Below are positions 25,367 through 33,966 of a stretch of DNA of 64,000 nt, piece by piece; position 1 is the first letter of the stretch; each line of letters starts with the position of its first letter. Location: NCBI GenBank assembly GCA_051745165.1, contig JBNJDU010000002.1:5479-69478 (forward strand). The letters run 5' to 3'. Both the position numbers and the translations under genes were made by a program. The notes under the pieces were generated by a model. The model ran no database searches and had not been told where the DNA came from. It saw nothing but the letters and a program-made list of their open reading frames with translations. The stretch comes from Patescibacteria group bacterium. Its GTDB lineage: Bacteria; Patescibacteriota; Minisyncoccia; Minisyncoccales; PWPS01.

Positions 25367-27331
25367 ATGAATCTCAAAAGAAAAATAAGCTCTTTACTAA
25401 GGAGCTTAAAGATTTTTATTGAGGATAGTAGCAAAAAGGAGTTGACATTAGTCAGCGGAATTTTAGGATTTATAGTTATAATTATTCTTTCCTCTTTTAT
25501 ATATTTTAAAAATACTGAAATAGCACCCACCGAAGGAGGTGAGTACACAGAAGGTCTTTTAGGGTCTCCTAGATTTTTAAATCCTATTTATAGTCAAAAA
25601 TCAGAAGTAGATAAAGACTTAACTGAGATCTTATATTCTGGATTGATGCATTACGGAGAAGAAAACAAAATAGAACCTCTTTTAGCTGAATCAGTAGAAA
25701 CTGAGGACAATAGAAGGTTCGAAGTAACTTTAAAAGATGATATTTATTGGTCTGATGGAGAAGAAATAACTACAGAAGATATTGAATTTACTCTTGAAAT
25801 GATTCAAAGCAGGAACGTGCAAAGTCCTCTACGAGTTAGTTGGGAGGGAGTAAGAATTGAAAAAGAAAATGAAAAAGAATTTTCTTTTCTACTAGAAAAT
25901 GCTTCTCCATTATTTATTGAAAAACTAACTTTAAAACCAATTCCAGAACATGTTTGGAGTGAAGTTTCAGCAAATGATTTTCAATTTTCTGAATACAATT
26001 TAAATCCTGTAACTTCTGGTCCTTACAAGGTAAAAGAATTAAATAAAAATAACGAAGAAGAGGTAAGGTCAATTACGCTCACTAAAGATTCTAACTTTTT
26101 CGGTGAACAGCCTTATATAAATAATTTAAACTTTAAGTTTTTCAAAAGTGAAAAAGAATTGCTGGAAAACAAAGATAAGCTTGACGGCTTTGCTCTGCCA
26201 AGCATTCAAAATAATATAAACTCCTCATTCAATAAATATAACTACAATCTGCCTAGATATTTTGCTCTTTTCTTTAATTCAGAAGACTTCAATAAAAATA
26301 TAAGGAAAGCATTGCGAAAAGCTACAAATAAAGAGGATATAGTAAATTCTTTAGATAATGTAGATCGAGTTGACTCTCCTATTATTCCTAGTTTTTATAA
26401 CTTTGATAATCCAGAAATTGAATATGAATTTAATAAAGAGGAGGCTTTAGAATTATTTGAAGAAGAAGGTTATGCTTTAAATGAAGATAATGAGTTAGAA
26501 AAAGTAGTGCAAGAAGAAACTTCTTTTGAATTTACAGAAAGACTTAGCGAGGATGATCAAGGAGAGGAAGTTAGACAACTGCAAAAATGTTTAATAGATT
26601 TAACTGAAAACCACGAAGATCTTTTTCCTAATGGTGAAATGACTGGCTACTTTAACGAAGAAACTGAGGAAGCTGTTAATAGGTTTCAAGAGCTTTTCCG
26701 AGAAGATATATTAGACCCTCATGGATTTCAAAATCCAACAGGAATGGTTGCTGGATCTACACAGGAAAAATTAAATGAATTCTGTGGTGGAACAATTCCA
26801 GAACAAAGAGAACAATTTACTATTGAAATAACAACAATAAATCATCCTCTTTTATCAACAGTTATAGAAAAGTTAAGCGAACAATGGTCTGACTTAGGAA
26901 TAAAGGTTGATTCTAAAAAAATTGATTATCAGCAAATTCAATCTAGTGTCATAGAAGAAAAAAACTACGAAAGCTTTCTTTTTGGAATTAGTATGGAAGC
27001 AATCCCCGACCCTTTTAGATGGTGGCACTCATCTCAGGTAGATTCTCCCGGATTAAATTTTACTAATTATCAAAATGAAAAAGCTGACGAATATTTAACC
27101 AATGCTGTTACTTCAACTAATGAGGAAGAGAGAATAAAAGCTTTGAATGATCTTCAAAATCAAATCCTGGAAGACGTTCCAGCAATATTTTTGTATTCAC
27201 CCCATTACATTTATTTAGTATCAGATGAAATTAAAGGACTTAAAGAAGGAAAAATAATAAACACTTCCCAAAGGTTTAAAAATATAAATAACTGGCACAT
27301 TAATACTAAAAGAGTATGGAAAAACAACTAA
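25367..27331 (+). CDS. Secreted solute-binding protein family 5 (OppA/DppA-like) with an inserted peptidoglycan-binding-like (PG_binding_1) domain
   Basis: N-terminal TM/signal. The SBP_bac_5-like N-lobe motif is PLLAES..LKDDIYWSDGEEIT.EDIEFTLE. Internal segment GEEVRQLQKCLIDL...GYFNEETEEAVNRFQ is PG-binding-like. Confidence 0.5.
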   Translation: MNLKRKISSLLRSLKIFIEDSSKKELTLVSGILGFIVIIILSSFIYFKNTEIAPTEGGEYTEGLLGSPRFLNPIYSQKSEVDKDLTEILYSGLMHYGEENKIEPLLAESVETEDNRRFEVTLKDDIYWSDGEEITTEDIEFTLEMIQSRNVQSPLRVSWEGVRIEKENEKEFSFLLENASPLFIEKLTLKPIPEHVWSEVSANDFQFSEYNLNPVTSGPYKVKELNKNNEEEVRSITLTKDSNFFGEQPYINNLNFKFFKSEKELLENKDKLDGFALPSIQNNINSSFNKYNYNLPRYFALFFNSEDFNKNIRKALRKATNKEDIVNSLDNVDRVDSPIIPSFYNFDNPEIEYEFNKEEALELFEEEGYALNEDNELEKVVQEETSFEFTERLSEDDQGEEVRQLQKCLIDLTENHEDLFPNGEMTGYFNEETEEAVNRFQELFREDILDPHGFQNPTGMVAGSTQEKLNEFCGGTIPEQREQFTIEITTINHPLLSTVIEKLSEQWSDLGIKVDSKKIDYQQIQSSVIEEKNYESFLFGISMEAIPDPFRWWHSSQVDSPGLNFTNYQNEKADEYLTNAVTSTNEEERIKALNDLQNQILEDVPAIFLYSPHYIYLVSDEIKGLKEGKIINTSQRFKNINNWHINTKRVWKNN

Positions 27332-27888
27332 AAAATCCGGATATAAGATATATCGAAGACATGAAGGATGTAATTTATGATCAGGATTGGCTGGAGTCAG
27401 TCGAAAACTTTGAAGTTTATTACATGTATAGAGGTGTAGATAAAAAAAACGGATTAAGATATGATATTACAGAAATACCTTTCAGAATGTTTGGAAAAGA
27501 ATATCCAAAAACAAAAGGGCATTATCATCCTGGAGATTACGGAGAGATATATCAGGTTTTGGAAGGAAGAGCAATTTACCTGCTTCAAGATAAAAATGCA
27601 GAGGACATTGTTGCAATTGAAACAAATCCTGGCGAAGTAGCTATAATTCCTCCCGGATACGGACACATAACAATAAATCCCGGTCCAGAGAAATTAAAGA
27701 TGGCTAACTGGGTATCCCCTGAATTTGATTCTCTCTACGAGCCTGTCTTAGAAAAAGAAGGGGCTGGTTACTTCTATACAACTGAAGGCTGGGTCAAAAA
27801 TAAAAATTATAAAAATCTTCCGGAGATTAAGGAAGTAGATCCAGAAAAAGAGCTTCCTGAAGATTTAGAATTTCTAAAAAATAAATAA
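27316..27888 (+). CDS. Cupin-type (archaeal-type) glucose-6-phosphate isomerase-like protein
   Basis: Motifs TKGHYHP..GEIYQVLEG and IPPGYGHITINPG match the cupin PGI family pattern. Assignment is from memory. Confidence 0.45.
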   Translation: MEKQLKNPDIRYIEDMKDVIYDQDWLESVENFEVYYMYRGVDKKNGLRYDITEIPFRMFGKEYPKTKGHYHPGDYGEIYQVLEGRAIYLLQDKNAEDIVAIETNPGEVAIIPPGYGHITINPGPEKLKMANWVSPEFDSLYEPVLEKEGAGYFYTTEGWVKNKNYKNLPEIKEVDPEKELPEDLEFLKNK

Positions 27889-27895
27889 AACTAAA

Positions 27896-27980
27896 GCCCA
27901 GATGGCGGAACGGCAGACGCGCTAGTTTCAGGGACTAGTGCCTTCACGGGCATGTGGGTTCGAATCCCACTCTGGGCACA
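27896..27980 (+). tRNA. tRNA-Leu (anticodon CAG), long variable arm
   Basis: Hand fold: acceptor GCCCAGA, anticodon loop tTCAGgg, long variable arm, T-loop GGTTCGAATCC. Confidence 0.8.
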
Positions 27981-28113
27981 ATTAAAATATTTTTTGATTA
28001 GTAGTTTTAGTTACTAAAACTCATAATTAAAGAATATTAATAAAAGCAAGTAAGTTACTCTCAAAAACTTACTTTAACCAAAACGGAAACGAAAGTTTTT
28101 GTTTACATGAATT

Positions 28114-29790
28114 ATGTCGAAGAATGAAAAAGAAAAAGTAAAGATAACTCCGCTTGGAGGTTTAGGAGAAGTAGGAAAAAATATGACCCTTCTAGAGTAC
28201 GAAGGGCAAATCCTAATTATCGATATGGGACTTAGCTTCCCGGAAGATGAAAACCCCGGAGTTGACTATATAATTCCTAATATTTCTTACCTAAAAGGTA
28301 GAAAAGATGATATTTTAGGAGTTATATTCACTCATGGTCACTACGATCATATTGGAGCAGTTCCCTACTTTTTAAATAAGTTAGGAAACCCTCCTTTATT
28401 CGCCTCTTCACTAACAATGGGAATTATTGAAAAAAGACAGGACGATTTCCCAAATCAACCAAAGCTAAACAAGACAGTTATTGAAGATGGTTCTAAAATA
28501 GAATTAGGGCCGTTTAAGATTGAAGCCTTTCATCAAAACCACAACATTCCTCAAAATTTAGGGTACTTCATAGAAACTCCAGTTGGAAATATTTTACATA
28601 CTTCTGACTTTAAGTTTGATGAGCATCCTCAAAATGGACCGGCAACAAATTACGAAAAAATTAAAGAATTTGGAAATAGAGGAATTCACCTCATGCTTTC
28701 TGATTCTACCGGTGCAGAAGAAGAAGGTCACTCTTTGTCAGAAAAAACAATTTCGGAAAATATTGAAAAAATATTTCAAAGATCGGATGGTAGAATTATT
28801 ACCGCTACCTTCTCTTCACTAATTAACAGAGTGCAAGATATAATTGAATTGTCTGAAAAGTATGGAAGAAAGGTTATTATTGAAGGGTATGGAATGAAAA
28901 CCAATGTCGAATTGGCAATTAATTTAGGTTTAATTAAAGCAAGTAAAAACACATTTGTTGATCGCAGAAAAGCAGATAGCGTTCCACCGGAAAAAACAAC
29001 TATAATTTGTACTGGTGCACAAGGAGAAGAAAGAGCAGCTTTAATGAGAATCACACAAGGACAACACAGATTCTTTGAGTTGCAAGAGAGAGATACGGTA
29101 GTATTTTCTTCTTCAGTTATTCCCGGAAACGAAAGATCAGTCCAAAATCTTAGAGACGACATTTTAAGACAAGGAGCAGATATTTATCATTACAAAATGA
29201 TGGATATACACGCTAGTGGTCACGGATGTAGAGATGAATTAAGAGAAATGATAGAAATGGTAAAACCTAACTATCTTGTTCCTGTTCATGGACAATACTC
29301 AATGATGGTTAGACACAAGGAGTTAGCTGAAGAGACTAATATTCCGCAAAAAACAATTCTTATAGAAAATGGAGATCCGCTTGAAATGACTTCTCAAAAA
29401 GTATATAAAACAGGTGAGCAAATCAACACCAAACCGGTAATGGTTGATGGATCCGGAGTCGGAGACGTTGGCGGAGTAGTTCTTTACGACAGAAAAGAGC
29501 TTGCCGAAAGTGGAATATTCGTAGTAATTGTTGTGCTAGATAAAAAGACTAAAAAACTACAAAACTCACCAGACATTATATCCAGAGGGTTTGTTTACCT
29601 CAGAGAATCACAAGACTTATTAGCGGAAACAAGAAAAAAGACGAGAAACATTGTTAAAGAAGCCTCTAAATCAAGAAAAACTAGTAACGCAAAGCACATC
29701 AAGAAAGAAATGGAGCAAAAGATCGAAGACTTCCTTTACAGCAAAACTAGAAGAAGACCTATAGTTTTACCGGTAGTTATTGAAGTGTAG
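28114..29790 (+). CDS. rnj: Ribonuclease J (metallo-beta-lactamase/beta-CASP RNase)
   Basis: Zinc-binding motif HGHYDHIGAVPYF and C-terminal domain. Confidence 0.9.
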   Translation: MSKNEKEKVKITPLGGLGEVGKNMTLLEYEGQILIIDMGLSFPEDENPGVDYIIPNISYLKGRKDDILGVIFTHGHYDHIGAVPYFLNKLGNPPLFASSLTMGIIEKRQDDFPNQPKLNKTVIEDGSKIELGPFKIEAFHQNHNIPQNLGYFIETPVGNILHTSDFKFDEHPQNGPATNYEKIKEFGNRGIHLMLSDSTGAEEEGHSLSEKTISENIEKIFQRSDGRIITATFSSLINRVQDIIELSEKYGRKVIIEGYGMKTNVELAINLGLIKASKNTFVDRRKADSVPPEKTTIICTGAQGEERAALMRITQGQHRFFELQERDTVVFSSSVIPGNERSVQNLRDDILRQGADIYHYKMMDIHASGHGCRDELREMIEMVKPNYLVPVHGQYSMMVRHKELAEETNIPQKTILIENGDPLEMTSQKVYKTGEQINTKPVMVDGSGVGDVGGVVLYDRKELAESGIFVVIVVLDKKTKKLQNSPDIISRGFVYLRESQDLLAETRKKTRNIVKEASKSRKTSNAKHIKKEMEQKIEDFLYSKTRRRPIVLPVVIEV

Positions 29791-29796
29791 ATTTAC

Positions 29797-29931
29797 TTAA
29801 TATTACTTCTTAAGAACCACTCCTCAAGAATCGCCAGCGACGATTCGGGAGTTGTGCGCTCGTTGATTGATTTTAGCAAAGCTGAAAATCGTGCTCAATC
29901 AACTCCGCGAACTTCTAAGAAGTAATATTTA
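29797..29931 (-). repeat. Copy A of a ~135-nt conserved structured element (19-bp terminal inverted repeats aatattacttcttaagaa / ttctaagaagtaatatt); candidate ncRNA or MITE
   Basis: Its reverse complement aligns with copy B (61524-61657) and copy C (31111-31221), with covariation in three internal stems. Confidence 0.6.
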
Positions 29932-29993
29932 CGTTCACGGTTAACAAAATTAGTTAATTAAACTATAATTGATAAAAGTTTAACTAAAAAAAT

Positions 29994-30974
29994 ATGAGAA
30001 TATTCAGTGGAATTCAACCTACAGGAGGGCTTCATATCGGAAACTATTTAGGAGCTATAAAACAATGGATAGAGCTACAGGAAGAAAATGAGTGCATTTA
30101 CTCTATAGTTGATCTGCACGCCTTAACTTCTGACTACAACTCTGAAGAGTTACGAGATAAGATAATTAATACTGCTATCGTTTATCTTGCCGCCGGAATA
30201 GATCCAGAAAAGTCAACTATTTTCATCCAATCCGAAGTTAAAGAGCATACTGAATTAAGCTGGTACTTAAATACAGTAACACCAGTTGGAGAATTGGAAA
30301 GAATGACTCAATACAAGGAGAAATCCAAAAGCAAAAAGAAAAGATCTAATGCTGGTCTCTTAAATTACCCCATTTTAATGGCTGCCGATATTTTGCTTTA
30401 CGATACAGAAATCGTACCCGTTGGAGAGGATCAAATTCAACATATAGAACTGACTAGAGACATTGCTAAAAAGTTCAACAAGCAGTTTGGAAAAACATTT
30501 GAAATTCCAGAAGCAAAACTCCCTAAAAGTGGAGCAAGGATTATGAGCTTAAAAAATCCTCAAAATAAAATGTCCAAATCAGGAAAAAAGGGAAACGCTA
30601 TATCCTTATTTGACGACCCTGAAGTAATAAAGGAAAAGGTTATGTCTGCAGTAACTGATACTGACAATAAGATTAAATACGATATCAAAGATAAACCAGC
30701 AATCTCTAATTTGCTAGTTATTTACAGCGAATTCAAAGAACAATCCATTGCAGACAGTGAAAAAGAGTTAAAAGGAGATAGTTATAAACAGTTTAAAGAA
30801 AAATTAGCTGAACTCTTAATTGAATCTTTAGCTCCATTTAGAAAAAAAAGGAAAGAGCTTGAATCACGAAGAGAAGTTTATGTTGAAGAAATACTCTCAC
30901 AAGGAACTAGAAAAGCAAAATCTTACGCCTCTTCAAAAATTGTTGAAGTGCGTAGAAATATGGGGCTCATTTAA
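29994..30974 (+). CDS. trpS: Tryptophanyl-tRNA synthetase
   Basis: Class I aaRS with HIGH-like (GGLHIGNYLG) and KMSKS (KMSKSGKK) motifs. Confidence 0.92.
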   Translation: MRIFSGIQPTGGLHIGNYLGAIKQWIELQEENECIYSIVDLHALTSDYNSEELRDKIINTAIVYLAAGIDPEKSTIFIQSEVKEHTELSWYLNTVTPVGELERMTQYKEKSKSKKKRSNAGLLNYPILMAADILLYDTEIVPVGEDQIQHIELTRDIAKKFNKQFGKTFEIPEAKLPKSGARIMSLKNPQNKMSKSGKKGNAISLFDDPEVIKEKVMSAVTDTDNKIKYDIKDKPAISNLLVIYSEFKEQSIADSEKELKGDSYKQFKEKLAELLIESLAPFRKKRKELESRREVYVEEILSQGTRKAKSYASSKIVEVRRNMGLI

Positions 30975-31002
30975 TAGCTAGCTATCAGCTTTTAATAATA
31001 TA

Positions 31003-31029
31003 AAACCACTCGAATATCGAGTGGTTTTT
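31003..31029 (+). terminator. Rho-independent terminator after trpS (aaaaccactcgaatatcgagtggttttt)
   Basis: 7-bp stem plus T5; symmetric A-tract, so possibly bidirectional. Confidence 0.65.
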
Positions 31030-31063
31030 ACTATTTAAAATATTATCTAATAAACTCTTAAAA

Positions 31064-31108
31064 ATAGGTCGAACCTATCAGAAGTAGTTAAAAATAGGTT
31101 GGACCTAT
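31064..31108. promoter_or_regulatory. Two tandem palindromic sites AAAAATAGGT-N3-ACCTAT, 30 bp apart
   Basis: ATAGGTcgaACCTAT at 31064-31078 and ATAGGTtggACCTAT at 31094-31108; immediately 5' of element copy C. Confidence 0.4.
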
Positions 31109-31110
31109 TC

Positions 31111-31221
31111 TATCGGAGAGGATTTTGCATGGTCTTTTCGTTAGAAAAGAAAATCCTCGAGAGCACAGAGCCCGAATTCCCGCTGGGAATTCTTGAGGCT
31201 CGGTTCTTACAAAGAGGGTAT
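31111..31221 (+). repeat. Copy C of the conserved structured element (5' outer stem absent or replaced; 3' end overlaps the stop region of the convergent phosphohexomutase gene)
   Basis: The 3' 65 nt are ~80% identical to copy B. Hairpins aggatttt...aaaatcct and gaattcccgctgggaattc covary with B and A. Confidence 0.55.
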
Positions 31222-31230
31222 CGAGCGCAC

Positions 31231-32556
31231 TTATGATTCCTTTATCAAAGAAACAAGTTCTTCTGTTTTTTCTTCTAAAAGTTTTTTACTTTCTGCCTCC
31301 AACCTAAGTCTTACTACATCCTCTGTGTTTGATTTTCTTAAATTAAACCACCAGTTATCAAAATCAATATAAACACCGTCTAAATTAATACTAAATCCTT
31401 CCGGAAAAGCTTCTCTCGCCCTTTCTAAAGCCTTATCTTTATCATCTACCTCCATATTTATTTCTTCGCTTTGGTAATAAATCTTAAGCGGTTCAGTTAG
31501 CTCAGAGAGAGTTTTATCTACATTTCCCAAAAAGCTAATCATTTTGATGGCGATAAAAAGCCCATCATCAATGCAGTAATTATCTTTATGCATTATATGA
31601 CCAGAAAGCTCAGCCCCCATTAAACCTCCTTCATTAACTAATTTCTCTTTATAAAAAGGATTTCCTACTCTCATCATCTCTGGAATCCCTCCTGACTCAG
31701 AAACTTTTTCTGGAGTTATTTTTGAAAATCTTAAATCAAAATATACTTTTTTCTCTTTTGATTTTTTTAATTCTTTTTGAGCTAAAAGGCTAATGATTAA
31801 ATCTGGATAAACAATCTCTCCTTTTTCATCTACAAAAAAGGCTCTATCTCCATCCCCATCAAAAAACACACCTAAATCTGCTTTTTCTTCTTTCACTTTA
31901 TTGATAAGCTCTTCCATATTTTTGGGTTCTGGATTCGGTAAGTGATTAGGAAAAGCAGGATCTAAATCTTCATATAAGCTAACTACTTCTGCTTTAATAT
32001 TTTTAAATACTTCCTTGCCAGTTACAGAGGCAACACCATTTCCATAGTCGACTACTACTTTCAAGTCTTCTTTATGATCAACAAACGAGAGAATATGCGA
32101 AATATAATCTGGTAATGGATCTTTCTTCTCCACACTCCCATTACCTTTTTTAAACTTTTCTTTTTTAATTAGGTTCTTTATCTTTTTTATTCCTTTCCCA
32201 TACACTTGCAACCCATTTTCTTTAATTAGCTTTAACCCATTATATTCCGGTGGATTATGAGAAGCAGTTACCATTACTCCTCCGGAATGACTGTACTTAC
32301 AAACTGCGAAGTTTAAAAGCGGGGTTGTAGCAACTCCGATGTCAAAAACAGTAGCTCCAGAATCTATCAATCCCCTTTTAAGCTCTTTGAAAAGTGCGGG
32401 AGAAGTTTTTCGAGCATCTCTCCCAACTACAATTTCCGGATTTTCTTCATCAAGAAAAGAAACAAACCCCCTTCCTACTAAATAGGCAGTTTCTTTGTCT
32501 AATTCTTCTGGAGATAAGCCCCTTATATCGTATGTTTTAAATATTTTATCCTCCAT
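31231..32556 (-). CDS. Phosphomannomutase/phosphoglucomutase (alpha-D-phosphohexomutase family)
   Basis: Active-site TASHNPPEYNG, metal-binding DGDGDR, sugar-binding motifs. Confidence 0.85.
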   Translation of the reverse strand: MEDKIFKTYDIRGLSPEELDKETAYLVGRGFVSFLDEENPEIVVGRDARKTSPALFKELKRGLIDSGATVFDIGVATTPLLNFAVCKYSHSGGVMVTASHNPPEYNGLKLIKENGLQVYGKGIKKIKNLIKKEKFKKGNGSVEKKDPLPDYISHILSFVDHKEDLKVVVDYGNGVASVTGKEVFKNIKAEVVSLYEDLDPAFPNHLPNPEPKNMEELINKVKEEKADLGVFFDGDGDRAFFVDEKGEIVYPDLIISLLAQKELKKSKEKKVYFDLRFSKITPEKVSESGGIPEMMRVGNPFYKEKLVNEGGLMGAELSGHIMHKDNYCIDDGLFIAIKMISFLGNVDKTLSELTEPLKIYYQSEEINMEVDDKDKALERAREAFPEGFSINLDGVYIDFDNWWFNLRKSNTEDVVRLRLEAESKKLLEEKTEELVSLIKES

Positions 32557-32645
32557 ATAAGTGTTAATTTATTTTTTAAATTATAACATATAAATTTGAT
32601 AGTAATAAGTTTTTGATTTATTATTAAAAAAAAGGGGTTGGTAAC

Positions 32646-32674
32646 TTGATGAATATCAAGTTCAATGTTATAAT
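32646..32674 (+). promoter_or_regulatory. Sigma70-like promoter TTGATG-17nt-TATAAT for the rpsF-ssb-rpsR operon, with palindrome CTTGATgaatATCAAG overlapping the -35
   Basis: Read directly; ~55 nt upstream of the rpsF ATG. Confidence 0.55.
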
Positions 32675-32728
32675 GCTGTGAACTAGAAACATTAAAAGAA
32701 AGCGAAGAATTTAAAATAAATAGAAATT

Positions 32729-33193
32729 ATGAATCTTTACGAACTTACATATTTAATAAAACCAGAATTAACTAGCGACGAAGTTAAAGAATTTAACCAA
32801 GAACTAACAGACGAATTAAAAGAAGCGAATGCAACTCTATATAAGATGGAACAACCTAAAAAAAGAAACCTCGCCTACGAAGTAAAAGGCTTTACCGAAG
32901 GTTATATAGCTTGTATTGATATGGACATCGCCTCTGAACAAGTAAAATTGATTGAAGAGAAATTAAAAAGAAAAGATGAAATTCTTCGATATTTAATCAT
33001 TTCAAAAGAAGAATTAGAGGAAGAAGAAGAACCTAAGGATGAGGAGGAAGAACCTAAGGATGAAGGTGATGATGAGGAAGAAGAAGACAAAGAGGAAGAT
33101 GATGATGAAAAAGAGGAAGAAGAAGACAAAAACAAAAAAGAAGATAAAGTAAAATTAAATGAAATCGATGAAAAAATCGATGAAATAATATGA
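32729..33193 (+). CDS. rpsF: Ribosomal protein S6 with long acidic (Glu/Asp/Lys-rich) C-terminal tail
   Basis: N-terminal 95 aa match the S6 pattern (YELTYLIKP..., LAYEVKG...GYIACIDMDI). Confidence 0.85.
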   Translation: MNLYELTYLIKPELTSDEVKEFNQELTDELKEANATLYKMEQPKKRNLAYEVKGFTEGYIACIDMDIASEQVKLIEEKLKRKDEILRYLIISKEELEEEEEPKDEEEEPKDEGDDEEEEDKEEDDDEKEEEEDKNKKEDKVKLNEIDEKIDEII

Positions 33194-33642
33194 ATTTTAA
33201 TAAAGCTATCATCGCCGGTAATTTAACTGATGATCCGGAAAAAAGAGCAACTGATTCTGGAACTACAGTAGTTAATTTCTCTGTAGCTACAAATCGGTAT
33301 TACAGCAATCAATCCGGAGAAAGACAACAAGATACTGAGTATCATGATGTAGTCTTTTTCGGAAAAACTGCTGAAAATATTGCTAAATATTTATCTAAAG
33401 GATCTTCAGTTCTTATTGAAGGAAGGCTTCAAACTAGAAGCTGGGAAGGTCAAGACGGAAACACGCGCTACAATACAGAGATAGTAGGTCAAAGCATTCA
33501 ATTCGGACCAAGAGAGAATGGTAATTCAGGTGGTTCAAATAGACAAAACCAACAATCCAAAAGCAATAAAAAAGAAAAAGACGAAGAGATCCCAGTAATT
33601 GAAGAAGATGAAGATATTGATGTAGAAGATATCCCCTTTTAA
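33190..33642 (+). CDS. ssb: Single-stranded DNA-binding protein, C-terminal DIPF tail
   Basis: OB-fold motifs and the canonical acidic tip ending in ...DIPF. Confidence 0.9.
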   Translation: MNFNKAIIAGNLTDDPEKRATDSGTTVVNFSVATNRYYSNQSGERQQDTEYHDVVFFGKTAENIAKYLSKGSSVLIEGRLQTRSWEGQDGNTRYNTEIVGQSIQFGPRENGNSGGSNRQNQQSKSNKKEKDEEIPVIEEDEDIDVEDIPF

Positions 33643-33681
33643 CCATTAATTGTTAATTAAAGTATAAACTATAGAAAAGTT

Positions 33682-33891
33682 ATGAGACAATGTTACTTTT
33701 GCCAACACGAAGTCGATAGAATTGACTTTAAGAACACTGAAGTTTTGCAGAAATTTACTGACAAAACTCATAAAATAAAACCAAGAAAAAGAAGTGGACT
33801 TTGCGCAAGCCATCAAAGAAAGCTTGCTAGAGCTGTTAAAAGAGCAAGGCAAATGGCTCTTATTCCTTACCAAGAAAACGTAAGGGTTTAG
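33682..33891 (+). CDS. rpsR: Ribosomal protein S18
   Basis: Motifs CYFC...IDFKN...L.KF....KI.PRKRSGLC..HQRKLA.AVKRAR. Confidence 0.85.
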   Translation: MRQCYFCQHEVDRIDFKNTEVLQKFTDKTHKIKPRKRSGLCASHQRKLARAVKRARQMALIPYQENVRV

Positions 33892-33910
33892 CAAAGAACT
33901 AAAACAATAA

Positions 33911-33942
33911 GAAAGACCCCGCCTAGAGCGGGGTCTTTTTGT
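33911..33942. terminator. Bidirectional rho-independent terminator (gaccccgc-ctaga-gcggggtc flanked by A/T runs) between rpsR and recA
   Basis: 8-bp GC-rich stem, A-run 5' and T-run 3'; the adjoining genes are convergent. Confidence 0.7.
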
Positions 33943-33966
33943 TTCTTCTCTATTAAATTTATAAAA

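Noticed and set aside
29791-29993. T-box riboswitch upstream of trpS
   Set aside because: No specifier-loop or T-box consensus (AATTAGGGTGG..ACCGCG) was found. The spacer is instead occupied by the inverted structured repeat (copy A).
31111-31221. Element copies as SRP RNA, 6S RNA, RNase P RNA or tmRNA
   Set aside because: Three paralogous copies in 64 kb, ~135 nt in length, and the absence of signature motifs (SRP domain IV GNRA/AGGA, RNase P P4 or CR-I regions, tmRNA tag ORF) are inconsistent with these single-copy housekeeping RNAs.
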